Assembly (NCBI RefSeq): GCF_004010195.1
Contig: NW_025215381.1
Location: 536,710 to 600,709 of the forward strand
Direction: 5' to 3'
Length of the DNA: 64,000 bases
Source: Chiloscyllium plagiosum
Lineage: Eukaryota
Each line of letters begins with the position of its first letter. Position 1 is the stretch's first letter. The translations under genes were made by a program, and so were the position numbers. The notes below the pieces were generated by a model. It worked only from the letters and a program-made list of their open reading frames with translations, was not told where the DNA came from and ran no database searches. Positions 38,231 to 51,379 of this stretch are shown here, piece after piece.

Positions 38231-38558
38231 TTAGATTAGATTAGATTTAGATTAGATTACATTAGTGTGGAAACAGGCCCTTTGGCCCAACAAGTCCACG
38301 CCGACCCGCCGAAGCGCAAGCCACCCAATACCCCGACATTTACCCCTTACCTAACACTACGGGCAATTTAGCATGGCCAATTCACCTGACCTGCACATCT
38401 TTGGACTGTGGGAGGAAACCAGAGCACCCGGAGGAAACCCACGCAGACACGGGGAGAACGTGCAAACTCCACACAGACAGTTGCCCGAGGTGAGAATTGA
38501 ACCCGGGTCTCCGGCGCTGTGAGGCAGCAGTGCTAACCACTGTGCCACCATGCCGCCC
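38231..38558 (-). mobile_element. Full-length, young HE1-type SINE
   Basis: gggcggcatggtggcacagtggttagcac...ggttcaattctc; CpG retained; (aatct)n tail. Confidence 0.93.
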
Positions 38559-39084
38559 ATAAACTAGATAGTCACTAGTTACTTTCAGCCAAACCAAAAT
38601 TAATGCATTTATTGCTGTTGTAATGTTTGTTAATCAATCCTCAACATGGGTTATTGTTTCCCCTAATCTCATGAGCTCTAATGTAATGCAAGAATCTCAT
38701 GGAGCATCTTATCACATTCTTTTTGAAATTCTGAACACATGGCACTCCCTGGTTCCTGCTCATTCACCATACTTGGTATAACTGCAAAATATTCAAACAG
38801 CTGCATCAAATTCATCAATAGTTTCATAAATCTGTTGGCTCTGCTTGAGACATCTTTAAATGCCTTATCAAATTGCTAAGGAAATACCAGAAGCTATTTT
38901 TAGCACTGGTGTCAGATAAGTGAGCCTATAATTGCCAGCTTGCTCTCCTCCTCCTGCCTTAAAACATGAGGGTCTTAAAGGAGGGAAGATGGATTGTAGA
39001 AAGCTTTAGGGAGAGTTTCAGGCTGAGATGGATACAGACAGTTAAACTCTCATTTACTGACAACTCCGCAAAGGGTCAGCGAAC

Positions 39085-39418
39085 ACTGGGTTAATTCACC
39101 AGAGATCCTCAGACAGCATCTCCCAAATCCACGATCACTTCCATCTAGAACAATCACGGCAGCAGATATAGCACCATCAGCTTCAAGTTCCCTTCCAAGC
39201 TACTCACCATTCTGAATTGGAAATATATCACCATTCCTTCACTGTCGCTGGGTCAAAATCCTGGAATTCTCTCCCTAATGGCATTGTGGGTGACCCCACA
39301 GCAGGTGAACTGCCGCAGTTCAAGAAGGTAAGTCAGCACCACCTTCATGGGCAAGGAGGGACAAACAGTAAATGCTAACCAGCTACCGACGCCTGCATTT
39401 CACAAATGAATAAATAAA
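39085..39418 (+). mobile_element. 3' fragment of the same LINE family as 27559-30548
   Basis: Matches 30220-30548 (cttccatctagaa, ctgggtcaaaatcctggaatt, atgaataaataaaa). Confidence 0.85.
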
Positions 39419-40442
39419 ATTACAAGATTGAAGCGCAGTGATTACATTACATTAAATGTAAAGCACAGGAAAAATAAACAGTCCAATGTCAATGCCTCTG
39501 CTCCATGCAAGCCTACTCCCATGTGTATCCCACCTGATCAGCACAGATAAATATCAACATAGACAAAGCCTGTTTGGATCACACTGGAACCATTATGTGG
39601 AATGCAGGCGTAACGATAACTTAAAACAAGATAATCCATTTTAGGAGCTCTGCTCTGCTATGGGTAAAGTACAGCAGGAATAACATTCTCTCTATTCCAT
39701 GTTTTTCCACTAGACACTTGAACAACCAATAGCAGATCCTTTCAAAGACTCACAGCCTCAGCTCAAATAAGGCATTCTATTTCCATTTGATATCACAGCC
39801 CTCCCTCAATCACAATCATTCAACCTTACTGAGGATAACCAAATCTTCAAAATGTTAACAATCTGACTCCTGTTTTCTATCACTGTAAAGGATATTTTTA
39901 AAGCATTTTATTTTTGCTAATTTAAAACAAATTGTAGAATAGGACAAAGATGTGATCAAGCAAACCCAGATAATAACTAGTGTGGGCCATGGTGTTTAGA
40001 CAGGGATCAGCCATGATCATTTTGATCAGATTCAACTTTTGCTCCTACTTTCTACTTTCTTATAAAACGAGCGATTGGGTCATGGTATGTCATTAGGACA
40101 ATTGACCAAAAGCTCAAATAGACTGGCATTAAAGAAACACCTGTACAAAAGTGGTCGAAGAGATTTAATCGGCCTTGGTCATTAAAGACATAGTGAACAA
40201 TAATGGAGAATGGAGCCCAGGAAGCAAAAGGCTCAAACTGGAGGAATTCAAAATTTTCAGGTGAGGCTCTAGGGATAAAGAGAGGCAAATGCACTGAAGG
40301 TTCTAAATACTGTATTCTCAAACTGTTTAAGATTTTTTAATGTGCAGTTTAGCATTTGCACATGATTACAAACAAAAAGTTAAATCAAATGTTTCAGCAG
40401 AGAAAATAACTACCTGCTGGCATTCAACAGAACCACAGGCGC

Positions 40443-40608
40443 TTTTTTTAAGTCATTCACAGGATGACAATCTCCAGCTCAGGTAGCATTTATTGCCCAT
40501 ACCTAACTGATGAGACACAGTAAAGATTCACCTAAATTACTACAGATCTGGAGTCACACATAGGCCCATAACAGTAACAATTGCAGATTTCCTTCCCTAA
40601 AGGGCATC
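40443..40608 (-). mobile_element. Short non-autonomous copy joining the 5' region and 3' tail of the tRNA-headed LINE family
   Basis: Minus strand ccctttagggaagg...ggcctatgtgtgactccagat (cf. 27757-27805) runs straight into gggcaataaatgct...gtgaatga (cf. 30490-30540). Confidence 0.6.
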
Positions 40609-41539
40609 AAGATTGAGACTTCATGATTTGTCTCTGTTCCCCGAAGGGCATTAATACAGCACCCACTAATTTACATTGGCAGGTTTGCCAGGCCAGTATT
40701 GTATCTATTAGAGTGCTGCGCCAATGAAAGTTTTGAGTTGAAGTAGTCTCCTCAGTAAATTACATTGAAAGGCAGTGACAGAGCAAAGGTTTAAAATATT
40801 TTTGTACACAGCAATGTGCCACACAGACAGCACAGCATAAATTTGCATTCATACTTCCTTCAGCATGGTTTAAAACAAAACCACTCCAGGGCTTGCCAGG
40901 CAGCATTAAAAAAAAAACTGGAGACCAAGTCACAGCAGTTCAACTGTTTAAGCTAGGGCACGGGAAGAAAACTGGCCAAACCCATCAGGAGAATTTCCTA
41001 CTCTGAAATAATTTAACAGCCAACACATGTAGAAACCTTGGTTTAGCTTTTCATCTGAAGAAGCATGCCTCAGGCAATGCAGCAGTCCATCAGTTTTAAC
41101 ACAGCTGAAATGGTTAACAATACCCGAGCAGTGACAAAGAATAAGCTTGCAATTGGCATCACCATCTCAGTTTGATTCTAAATTGGTCTCAGCCACTGTA
41201 CTTGAATATTGTTATTTTGCAGCAGAAAAACATTAAGAATAGGCCATCAGTTACATTTGAATTAATTACTTGCAGTTTTTTTTGTTCAAAAAAGAAATTG
41301 CAACTCCTGATTCACTTTGAAGACAGTTAGAAAACTAGTTGAGATCATGAACTTTAAAATGAATAGAGGAGCATTAAGCAAGAGGAACAGAAAGAGCACA
41401 ACGTGCAGGAAGAGACTGGACAGGGAACATTGTGTTTTGTACATCCTTAAAAACATTTTGTCGTGAGTTACTAACTTTTGAAATGTAGCGGCATTAGTTT
41501 TTGCAAGCAAAGATGGCTCCTGAGCCTGTGTTGAGATTC

Positions 41540-42564
41540 ATAAGAACATAAGACATGCGAGCGGAAGTAAGGCCATTCAGCCCATCAAGTCTACTCCGCC
41601 ATTTAATCATGGCTGATGGGCATTTCAACTCCACTTACCTGCACTCTCCCCTTACCCCTTAATGCTTTGCAAGATCAAGAAATTATCAATCTCTGCCTTG
41701 AAGACATTTAACGTCCCAGCCTCCACTGCACTCCATAGCAATAAATTCCACACACCCACCACTCTCTGGCTGAAGAAAGGTCTCCTCATTTCTGTTCTAA
41801 ATTGACCTCCTAATTCCAGGGCTGTGCCCATGCCTCCAAGTCTTCCCGCCTAACAGAAACAACTTCCCATCACCCACCCTTTCTAAGCCGTGCATTATCT
41901 TCTCAGTTTCTATTAGATCTCCCCTCAACCTTCTAAACTCTAATGAATACAATCCCAGGATCTTCAGCTGTTCTTCTTTTGTTAGACCTACCATTCCAGG
42001 GACCATCTGTGTGAATCTCCGCTGGACACGCTCCAGTGCCAGTATGTCCTTCCTGAGGTGTGGGGCCAAAATTGGACACAGTATTCTAAATGGGGACTAA
42101 CTAGAGCTTTATAAAGTCTCAGAAGCACATGGCTGCTTTTATATTCTAATCCTCTCAAGATGAATGACAACATTAGGTTCGCTTTCTTAATCACGAACTC
42201 TACCTGCAAGTTAACCTTTAGAGAATCCTGGACTAGCACTCCCAGATCCCTTTGTACATGGCTTTATGAATTTTCTCACCATTTAGAAAATAGTCCAGGC
42301 CTGTATTCTTTTTCCCCAAAGTGCAAGACCTTGCATTTCAACACTTTGAATTTCATCAGCCATTTCCTGGACCACTCTCCTAAACTGTCTCAATTTTTCT
42401 GCAGCTTCCCCATCTCCTCCGTACCATTTGTCTGTCTACCTAACTTCGTATCATTTGCAAACTTCGCCAGAATGCCCCCAGTCTTTTCATCCAGATCATT
42501 AATATATAAAGCGTACAGCTGCAGCCACAACACTGAAGAAAGGTCTCCTCATTTCTGTTCTAAA
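41540..42564 (-). mobile_element. CR1 LINE 3' kb (different subfamily; tail (ttcttatg)n)
   Basis: AKFANDTK, LYKALVSPHLEYCVQFW, RLRGDLIET. Confidence 0.9.
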
Positions 42565-42879
42565 GCTATGATGATTGAGCAATTATTGATAGTTGCACAC
42601 CAGTGACACAGTTTTATTTGCAACATCTCAATTTAACTAAGTCAACAGACAGGCCTTCAGTTTAACATTTTATCACAAAGCTAGAGCTCCTAACCATGCA
42701 AATAGTCCCTCAATAAAGTGTCACTGTTGCGTTCATACTTTGGAGGATGGATTCACATACAACCAATTCTCAACCGGCACAGCGGTACCACAATACAAAA
42801 ATGTTGGAAATAATCATCAGGCAGCGATTGACAAGAGAGGAACAGAGTTAACGTTCAGGTCAACATTCAGAGCCTAATA

Positions 42880-44260
42880 GGAGAAAGTGAGGACTGCAGA
42901 TGCTGGAGTTCGAGTCAAAAAGCGCAGTGCTGGAAAAGCACAGCCGGTCAGGCAGCATCCAAGGAGGAGAAGAATCAAGGCTTCGAGCATAAGCACTTCG
43001 TCAGGAATGAGGCTTGAGGCCTAAGGGGACTGAGAAATAAATTGCAAGGAGTGGGGCTGGGGGCTGCAGGGAGAAGGTAGCTAAGAGTGCGATAAGTAGA
43101 CGAAGATGGGGGGGGGAAAGTGATAGGTCAGACAGGACGGTGGAGCGGACAGGTGAGAAGGATAATGGACAGGTAGGACAGATCAAGAGGGTGGTGCCAA
43201 GTTGGAAGGGTGGATCTGGGATAAGGAGGAGGGGGAAGGGAAGATCAAGAAACTGGTAAAATCCACATTGATCCCATGTGGTTAGAGGTTCCCAAGGCAG
43301 AAGATGAAGCATTATTCCTTCAGGCTTCAGGTGGTTAGGGTTCGGTAGTGGAGATGGCCAAGGACCTCCATGTCCTTCGCGGAGCGAGAGGGAGAGTTAA
43401 AGTGTTCGGCCACAGGGTGGTGTGGGGTTGTTCAGTGTGTGTGTTTCCCGGAGATGTTCTCTGAAACATTCCGTAAATTGGCGTCCTGTCTCCCCAATGT
43501 AGAGGAGACCACATCGGGATTAACAGACACAGATGATTAAATTAGATTCCCTACAGTGTGGAAACAAACCCTTCGGCCCAAGCAGTCCACACCGACCCTC
43601 CGAAGAGTAACCCACCCAGACCCATTTCCCTTTGACTAATGCACCTAACACGATGGGTAATTTAGCATGGCCAATTCACCTGACCTGCACATTTTTGGAC
43701 TGTGGGAGGAAATCCACGCAGACACGGGGCGAATGTGCAAACTCCACACAGACAGTCACCCGAGGAATCGAACCTGGGATCCTGGGGCTGTGAGGCTGCA
43801 GTGCTAACCACTGAGCCACCAGGCGGCACCTAACAGGATGGGCAATTTAGCATGGCCAATTCACCTGACCTGCACATCTTTGGACTGTGGGAGGAAACCC
43901 ACGCAGACACGGGGAGAATGTGCAAACTCCACACAGTCACCCGAGGAATCAAACATGGGATCCTGGTGCTGTGATCCGGGCGGCACAAAGATGTGTGGAA
44001 GTACAGGTAAATCTCTGTCAGATATGGATGGATCCTTTGGGGCCTAGGACAGAGATTTGGTTGGTGGGGTTGGGGGGGGGTCGTAGGAGGCTTTGCATTT
44101 CTTGCGGTGGCAGGGGAAGGTGCTGAGAGTGGAGAGCAAGTTGGTGGGGAGGGGTATGGACTTAACAAGGGAGTTGCAGAGGGAATAGTCTCTCCGGAAC
44201 ACAGATAAGGGTGGGGAGGGAAATATACCTCTAGTGGTAGGGTGCGTTTGTAGGTGGCCA
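42880..44260 (-). mobile_element. Penelope-like element family A 3' region (GIY-YIG + terminal repeat), interrupted by two tandem SINEs
   Basis: SRCGLLYIGETGR at 43480-43520; terminal repeat 42880-43008 with a decayed hammerhead. Confidence 0.88.
43540..43975 (-). mobile_element. Two tandem HE1-type SINEs (43540-43830 nearly full; 43838-43975 partial)
   Basis: Repeated aatttagcatggccaattcacctgacctgcac...cacccgaggaatc blocks. Confidence 0.9.
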
Positions 44261-44309
44261 CTTTACACCTTGCCACTAAGCGCTCTCGCTCTTCCCTATA
44301 CTTTGTCTC

Positions 44310-44940
44310 GTCACTGCTTCAAATCCGACCCACTATAGTGGTGTCATCAGCAAATTTGTAAATGGAGTTAGAGCTGAATTTCAGAGTGAATAAGGAGCAT
44401 TTAAAGGGCTGAATATGCAGTCTTACAGGGCACTTGTGTTCAGGCTAATTGTGGAGGAAGTGTCATCACCTATCCTTACTGATTATGGCCTAAGGGACAT
44501 AAAGCTGAGGATCCAGTTGCAGGGGTGGGGGAGCAGACTCTGTCTCGGAGTTTGATTAGAATTATGGTGAAGGCAGAACTAAAGTCAACAAATAAGAGTC
44601 CGACCCAGGTGTCCTTTTTATCCAGACAATAGGCAAATTGTAATGCATTCTGGCAATCTGGGAGGCTGGCGTTGACGTATGCCATTACTAACTTCTCAAA
44701 ACACTTCATAATGAAGGATGTTACAGCCACCAGCCAGTAGTCATTAAGACATGATGCCCGATTTTTCTTTGGCACTGGGATGATAGTGGTCTTCTTGAAG
44801 CAGATGAGAATCTCATCACAGTAAGGAGAGTTTAAAGGTGTCTGCGAGTACTCCTGCCAGCTGGTCTGCACAGGACCCGAGTGCATAACTGGGGACTACA
44901 TCCAGGCCAGCAACTTTCTGTGGGTTCACTCTCAACTGTT
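44310..44940 (-). mobile_element. Rex1/Babar-clade LINE RT fragment
   Basis: CFKKTTIIPVPKK..ASCLNDY..VA.TS.IMKCFEKLV...LQFAY...LLFVDFSSAF; KFADDTT at 44340-44360. Confidence 0.88.
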
Positions 44941-45371
44941 TGACAATTCAAATATTTAAGAGATGCACTGCAAAACTTTGTACTTTGTTTGGAATACCTC
45001 AACCTGCTAATGTGACTGCTATTCATCGAATAAATCTTTATAAAAAAATCATTTTTCCACTTTTGTTTTAATTGGCAGACCTCCAAAGGTCCAAATGTTT
45101 AACGGTTGAAAAATAGTTTTGTAAGATTCAGGAAATGAGCTCTGGGCATATTCAACATTAAAAGCATCAAATGACAATATGAAGAAAGAAATGAACTTAA
45201 GGAGAAATCAAACCAAGTGCACTGGCCACTATGGAAGAAAGATGAAGATTAAAAAATGGGGTATGACAAGGAAATTAAAAGGAATCCTCACACTGCCTCT
45301 TTGAATTCAAGTGGGACAAGCAATGACCAATTGTTTTTTTTTTACTCGTCCAGTCTAATGCAGAAAGCTCT

Positions 45372-45468
45372 ATTCCAGATGAAGGACTTTTGCCCGAAAC
45401 GTCGATTTTCCAGCTCCTCGGATGCTGCCTGACCTGCTGTGCTTTCCCAGCACCACTCTATCTAGACT
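45372..45468 (+). mobile_element. Solo PLE family A terminal repeat
   Basis: attccagatgaaggacttttgcccgaaacgtcgatt...ccagcaccactcta; a further truncated copy lies at 46484-46562. Confidence 0.82.
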
Positions 45469-46829
45469 CTATATGCATTCCCACTTCAGTGCATTCCTAA
45501 TGGCAACTTAGACACTCAAGAGAACAGTAGGAAAGTGCTCAGCTTGCCGATTTGACTTACTGATTTCTACGGGTGATCTTCCAAATGGCAAAAATGGAAT
45601 TATGACAAAACTCGGATGGCCTTGGATTGATTAGTTGTCAGTGGTTTGGATAAAGTTCCCGAACAGTGTTCAAAGGGTGCAAAATTGAAATGCTGTAGGA
45701 CAGCAGGCCAAACTGCAAATTGCACAGGATAACAATGAACAGTTTGTAGTACTTTTGGAACAGGGACACCTCAGGGACAGGACCATGTACTACTTCTAAC
45801 CAGAGGGTTAAAAGATCTTGTTAGCTTTTAGATTTTGAATTTTCAAGTTTGTAAAGTCCGCATGACGGGCAACATTTCCATTAAAGCCAGTGTAACCAGT
45901 ACACATACCGAATAACTATTTGTAGATGGGTGGGTATGCATTGGACAGCAGAATTACAGGAAAGAGTGTGGAGGATCATCACAAGTTACAGAAGGTGGGG
46001 CATTTGAACCTAAAAGAGCTTTAGAACACATGTAATGGCAGCCCAAAACATGAAAGAAAGAAAAAAGTCCAGCAACACAAAAAGAAGCAAGTTTAAAGAC
46101 CCAACCTACCACTGGCCAAACAGACAGAAAAACTTAGAAAATAGAAGCAAGATTAGACCATTTAGTCCTTTGAGCCTGCTTGCCTCGATCACAATGCCAT
46201 ATTCGTACTTTCTTCCCATACCCCTTGATGTTTTTAATGTTTAAAAATGTAACTGTTCTTTTCTTGAGTAATTAAATGATTTAGCTTCTATAGGTCTCTG
46301 AATGCAGAATTCCACTGTTTCACCATCCTCCAAGTGAGAGAATACATCTCATCTTTATCCCAAATGGTCTACTCTATATCCCAAGACAGGACAACTGTGA
46401 TGTACGAGGTCTGGTTGCCATACTTGACAATGACAGAGGTGCTGATTGGAAATTTGGCAGTGAGGAAGCAGTTTAAGAGAACTAAGGGCCTTTGCCCAAA
46501 ACATCGATTTTCCTGCTCCTCGGATGCTGCCTGAACTGCTGTGCTTTTCCAGCACCACTCTACTCCAGAATAATGTTTGTCATTGCCTATAATCTTACAG
46601 TTCACGACAGAAGGATGCAGTGTAAAAGATTTGAGAACACTGGGCATTGAAATCTCAGGATTTTCCATGTTTGTGCAATAATGTACTCACTTTTGATTTG
46701 ATTTATTGTTGTCACAGATATCTAAGTAGAGTGAAAAGTTTTATTTTACAGGCAGATGAAGGAACATACAAGGTTACAGCTGCACAGGAAGTGCACCAGA
46801 GCGAGATCAACATTAGATTGAAATTAGAA

Positions 46830-47830
46830 GGGTTATTCAGTAGTCTGATAACAGTGGGGAAAAGGCTCAAAGAATTTGATCCAGATACAGTACATCGGTT
46901 TATGTGTATTTAAGGTTCTGTACCTTCTACCTGACGGAAGAGGTAGACTTCCTTGATGACGTTGGCAGCCTTTCCATGGCAACGCAAAGTGCAGATGGAG
47001 TCCAAGGACAGAAGGTTGGCTTGTGTGATGGTCTGGTCTATGTTCCCAACTTCTGAATTGAATTATTTCCTACCACATGTATTCGATATCAAATAGTCAA
47101 AAGGGCGTACCGTCGCCACGCAGAGGCACCATTAATATTATTATCTTAAAAGTAAAATAAAAAATAAAGAAAGATCACTTAAAGGGAGTCCAAATTTTCT
47201 TCTCCGCTGCTCCAGTCTCACTCCAGGCTACACCAGCCCATGCCACGCTGTCACCAGTCTCACTCCAGGCTACACCAGCCCACGCCATGCTGTCACCAGA
47301 GCCTCAATCCAGGCTACACCAGCCCACGCCACGCTGTCACCAGAGCCTCAATCCAGGCTACACCAGCCCACGCCACGCTGTCACCACAACCTCACTCCAG
47401 GTTACACCAGCCCACAGCATGGCTCCACCAGAGTTGTCCAGCTGCAGGTTTCACAGCTGCCTCTGAAGCCACCGCTGCTGCTCCGGAATCCATCAAAGCC
47501 GCCTTCCTCTCTTTATCAGGTAAGTTTGGGCAAAAACTAAATAAAATTGAGAAAAGAAGGGCACAAAGGGGAAAAAAAAGGAAAAGAAAAAAGTGAACAA
47601 AGAGGAGGACAAGCCCAGGCACAGGAGCCCGGATGCTGTCGACTCTATCACTGCCATCTATACTAAAGTTTCTTACAGTCTTGGGCAGTGTAGTTGCCAA
47701 AACAAAGTTGTGATGCACCCAGATAAAATGCTTTCCATGGTGCATCTGTAAAGGTTGGTGAAGGTCCTTATAGTCATGCTGAATTTCCTAAGCCTCTTGT
47801 GGAAGTAGGGGCATTGTTGTGCCTTCTTGT
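46830..47830 (-). mobile_element. Rex1-like 3' fragment interrupted by a short non-autonomous element (about 47055-47660)
   Basis: Minus strand QQCPYFHKRLRKFSM...NLYRCTMESILSGCITT at 47700-47830; sequence resumes near 47050. Confidence 0.65.
47212..47430 (+). repeat. 42-44-bp tandem repeat, about 5 units
   Basis: ccagtctcactccaggctacaccagcccatgccacgctgtca at 47212, 47254 and following variants. Confidence 0.9.
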
Positions 47831-48774
47831 TGCAGGCCCTGATCTTGCAACCACAGCAAATTTAAAAGTGGCAGAGTTTAAGTTTGGTCATGTTTCTAAA
47901 ATTGTTCAAAGTGTTGGTTACATAAATGTTCCTCTCCAAGTCAGTTTCTTGTAGTGTTGTTGGTAACACGTCGTCATTTTAGGAAAGCAAATTGTCTACA
48001 TCACACCTGCTTCTAAAAATACTGCAGTGCAGTATTGGGCTGCAGTTTGTTTTCTTTTGGTATCTTTTAACTCTTCAAATACTAAAACAGTACCATTGCA
48101 CCAAAACATTTAGAAAACGGGGCAAGCCCATTTCGACTCCCCCCTCCCCCTAACTTGGTAGAAACCTGCAGTCACGACAACCTCAGAGCAATCCAAAGTT
48201 TCTTCCTCCAACACTCTTAATTTCAAACTCCCAAATATAATTCCTGATCTCTGACCCCGTGGAAAATTCTATAGGTAACTAAAAATATAAAGAGACAGAA
48301 ATACACAAGCAGTATCTGTGGACAGGAAAACAAGTAAAACTTCACACCCGGGAGCTTTCAAATCTACCAATTCAGATTTAGACCATGGCCTGACTGAAAC
48401 TAAATCTTCAAAACCCTCCAATCAAGTTTCAGCCTCTTATTGTAGTTAAATGTCTTTCAAATGGAAGTCACACATAACGACCTGATTAGTTCACTGAGCA
48501 CAGTGAACTATCCCTCCTCACCGTCTGCCTGCAACCCTTAGCTTTGTTGACCATGCCATTCGCATAAGACTCTTCAGTTGTCCTGCCACTCTCTTGGTTT
48601 CTTTCTGCATGTTTAGTTGTGACTGGAGGAACAAGAGCAACGGTATCTCTTTCTGCTTGATCCCATTACAGCTAGAATCTTTTGAAGAGCCATATTTCTC
48701 GTCGTTTTGGTGAAAACAGCTGAAAAGACACTGGGTTACGCATTCATGATGAAAACCTATTCATGATGAGCACG

Positions 48775-49285
48775 ATCACCTCACAGCACCAGGGACCCAG
48801 ATTTGATTCCAGCCTCGGACGACTGTGTGTGGAGTTTGCACATTTCCCCATGTCTGTGTGGGTTTCCTCTGCGTACTCCAGTTTCCTCCCACAATCTAAA
48901 GATGTGTAGGTTAGGGTGAATCGGCAATGCTAAATTGCCCATAGTGTTCAGAGAAGTGTAGGTTAGGTGTATTAGTCAGGAGAAAGTGAGGACTGCAGAT
49001 GCTGGAGATCAGAGCTGAAAATGTGTTGCTGGAAAAGCGCAGGTCAGGCAGCATCCAAGGAGCAGGAGAATCGACGTTTTGGACATGAGCCCTTCTTCAG
49101 GAATCATTCCTAAAGAAGGGCTCATGCCCGAAAAGTTGATTCCCCTGCTCCTTGTATTAGTCAGGAGTAAATGTAGAGTGATAGGGTGGGAGGAGAAATG
49201 GGTCTGGGTGGGTTACTCTTCAGAGGGTCGGTGTGGACTTGTTGGGCCAAAATGATCCATTTCCACACAGTAGAGATTCGATGAT
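48775..49285 (+). mobile_element. HE1-type SINE interrupted by a palindromic PLE terminal insertion (48983-49152) with 15-bp TSD
   Basis: tgtattagtcaggag at 48968-48982 and 49153-49167. Confidence 0.9.
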
Positions 49286-49319
49286 ATTAGAGTTTTAGAC
49301 ATTCAGACAAAAGTATTAT

Positions 49320-49668
49320 CATGGAATCACAGAATCCTTGCAGGGCGGAGGCAGACCATCAAGTCACACTAACCCTCCAAATAGCAAGCCACCCAGACCA
49401 ACCTCCCCCATCCTATCATGTAATTCTGCATTTCCCTTGGCTAATTCACCTCGTCTGCACATCCCTGGAAACTGTGATCAATTTAGCATGGCCAATCCAC
49501 CTAACTTGCATACCTTTGGACTGTGGGAGGAAACCTGTGCACCCAGAGGAAACCCACGCAGACACGGGGAGAATGTATCTGTGTGGAATATGCACAGTCA
49601 CCCGAGGGTGAAATCAAACCGCGGATCCCTTCAGGGATGCAGCACTAACCGCTGAGCCACTGCTGCCC
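49320..49668 (-). mobile_element. HE1-type SINE (tail-to-tail with the previous copy)
   Basis: atttagcatggccaatccacc...gcagcactaaccgctgagccactgctgccc. Confidence 0.85.
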
Positions 49669-50644
49669 TAAAAGAGTAGAAAGAGCTTTACTGTGTATCT
49701 AAACACCTGCTTTCTAAAAGCTGGAGGAGCTTGATGGGGACAATGTCGAGGGGGTGTTACGCTCATTTTAAGAGTAGGAGGAGTATATCCTGTATTTAGC
49801 CGCTGCTGAATCAGTCTTAGGATTTTAATGACGATTGTGCCGGGAAAGCTTTTCTTTCAGTTTCATACAGCAGAGAGAGCTTTACGCTGTTTCCAACCCC
49901 GTGCTATCCCTATCCTGGGAATGTTGGATTGGAACAATGTATTTCTTTATGTACATATATTTCTTCAAAGACAAATTTGGCACATTTCTCATGCATGTAT
50001 TTTCAAAATTTCAAAAGGACTGATCATATTAGTTAGATTTAACAAATACTGTGGGACTGAGGCTGCCAATGAGCATTCCATTCAGGCAATTATTTAAACC
50101 TTTCAACAATTTAATATAGGATTGATTACACAGGCAGAATTCTAAATTATCAATGTTCATGTTAAATGTTGATAATTTGGGTTGAGCAAAAGATTCATCA
50201 TTGTCGGTTTTAAACTAAAAACAAGAAAAATCACAGCAAAGCTTTTCCCTATTCATTCCATTTGAAATTTATGTAGGTAATGCATGCTGATAGCATTAGG
50301 ATTACTAGATGGAGGAGCAAGTGAAATAGGCATCTGAAAGAACAATAGAACTAACAATAATAATTGCTAGATCTGCAAAACCAGGGAGAAATCAAGTTGG
50401 ACAAACTAACTTGTTCCAACACCCACACATCCAGAAGCAGACCTCTTAGCTTTCAAGCAGCTGAGTGAAGTGAGTGGAAACATCAACTTTTGCATACATC
50501 TGAAAGTAGTTTCAGATGCTTGAGGAACTTGTGGCTTCACCAGATGTATATCTGCACATCAAGTAGTGCACAAAAAAACAAAATTACCTTAGTACTGAGT
50601 GCCAGGAAAACAGGAACAGGGAGAAAATGTTTAAGAGCTGTGAG

Positions 50645-51210
50645 GTTATACTGCAGCTCTTTAAACCCCTGGTTAGACCACACTTGGAATATTGTGTTCA
50701 GCTCTAGTTTCCCTATTATAGGAAGGATGTCAAAGCTTTAGAGGGTGCAGAAGTGTTTTACCAGGATGCTGCCTAGACTCAAGGGCATGTCTTCTGAAGG
50801 AAGGTTGAGGGAGCTAGGGCTTCTCTCATTGGAACAAAGAAGGATGAGAGGTGACTTTATAGAGCTATACAAGATGATGAGAGGCATAGATACAGTGGTT
50901 AGTCAGAGACTTTTTCCCAGGTGGAAATGAGGGGGCATAATTTTAAGGTAATTGGAGGAAGGTTGAGGGGTGATGTCACAGGTAGGTTCTTTGCACAGAG
51001 AGTGGTAGATGCGTGGAATGCACTGCCAGCTGTGGGAGTAGAGTCAGATACATTAGGGACATTTAAGCGACTCTTGGATAGGCAGATGGATGACAGTAAA
51101 ATGAAAGGTATGTTGGCCAGTTTGATCTTAGAGTAGGATAAAAGGTTGACACAACATGGAGGGCCAAAGGGCCTGTACTGTGCTGTACTGTTCTATGTTC
51201 TACATTCTAT
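50645..51210 (+). mobile_element. CR1 3' fragment
   Basis: LVRPHLEYCVQ, RMRGDFIELYKMMRG, FFAQRVVDAWNALP; tail gggcctgtactgtgctgtactgttctatg. Confidence 0.9.
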
Positions 51211-51379
51211 GTCCAAACTCCATCCACATAAGTTGGCTCCATATTGCTTAAATCAAATTTATACAATGCCTTTAAAATAATACAATGTCCTCAAGATATT
51301 GCAGAGGCAGTATCAAAGGGGATACAGGGTAAATGGTCAAACATTTGGTCACAAAGCTAACTTTTAACATCTGTACAAT

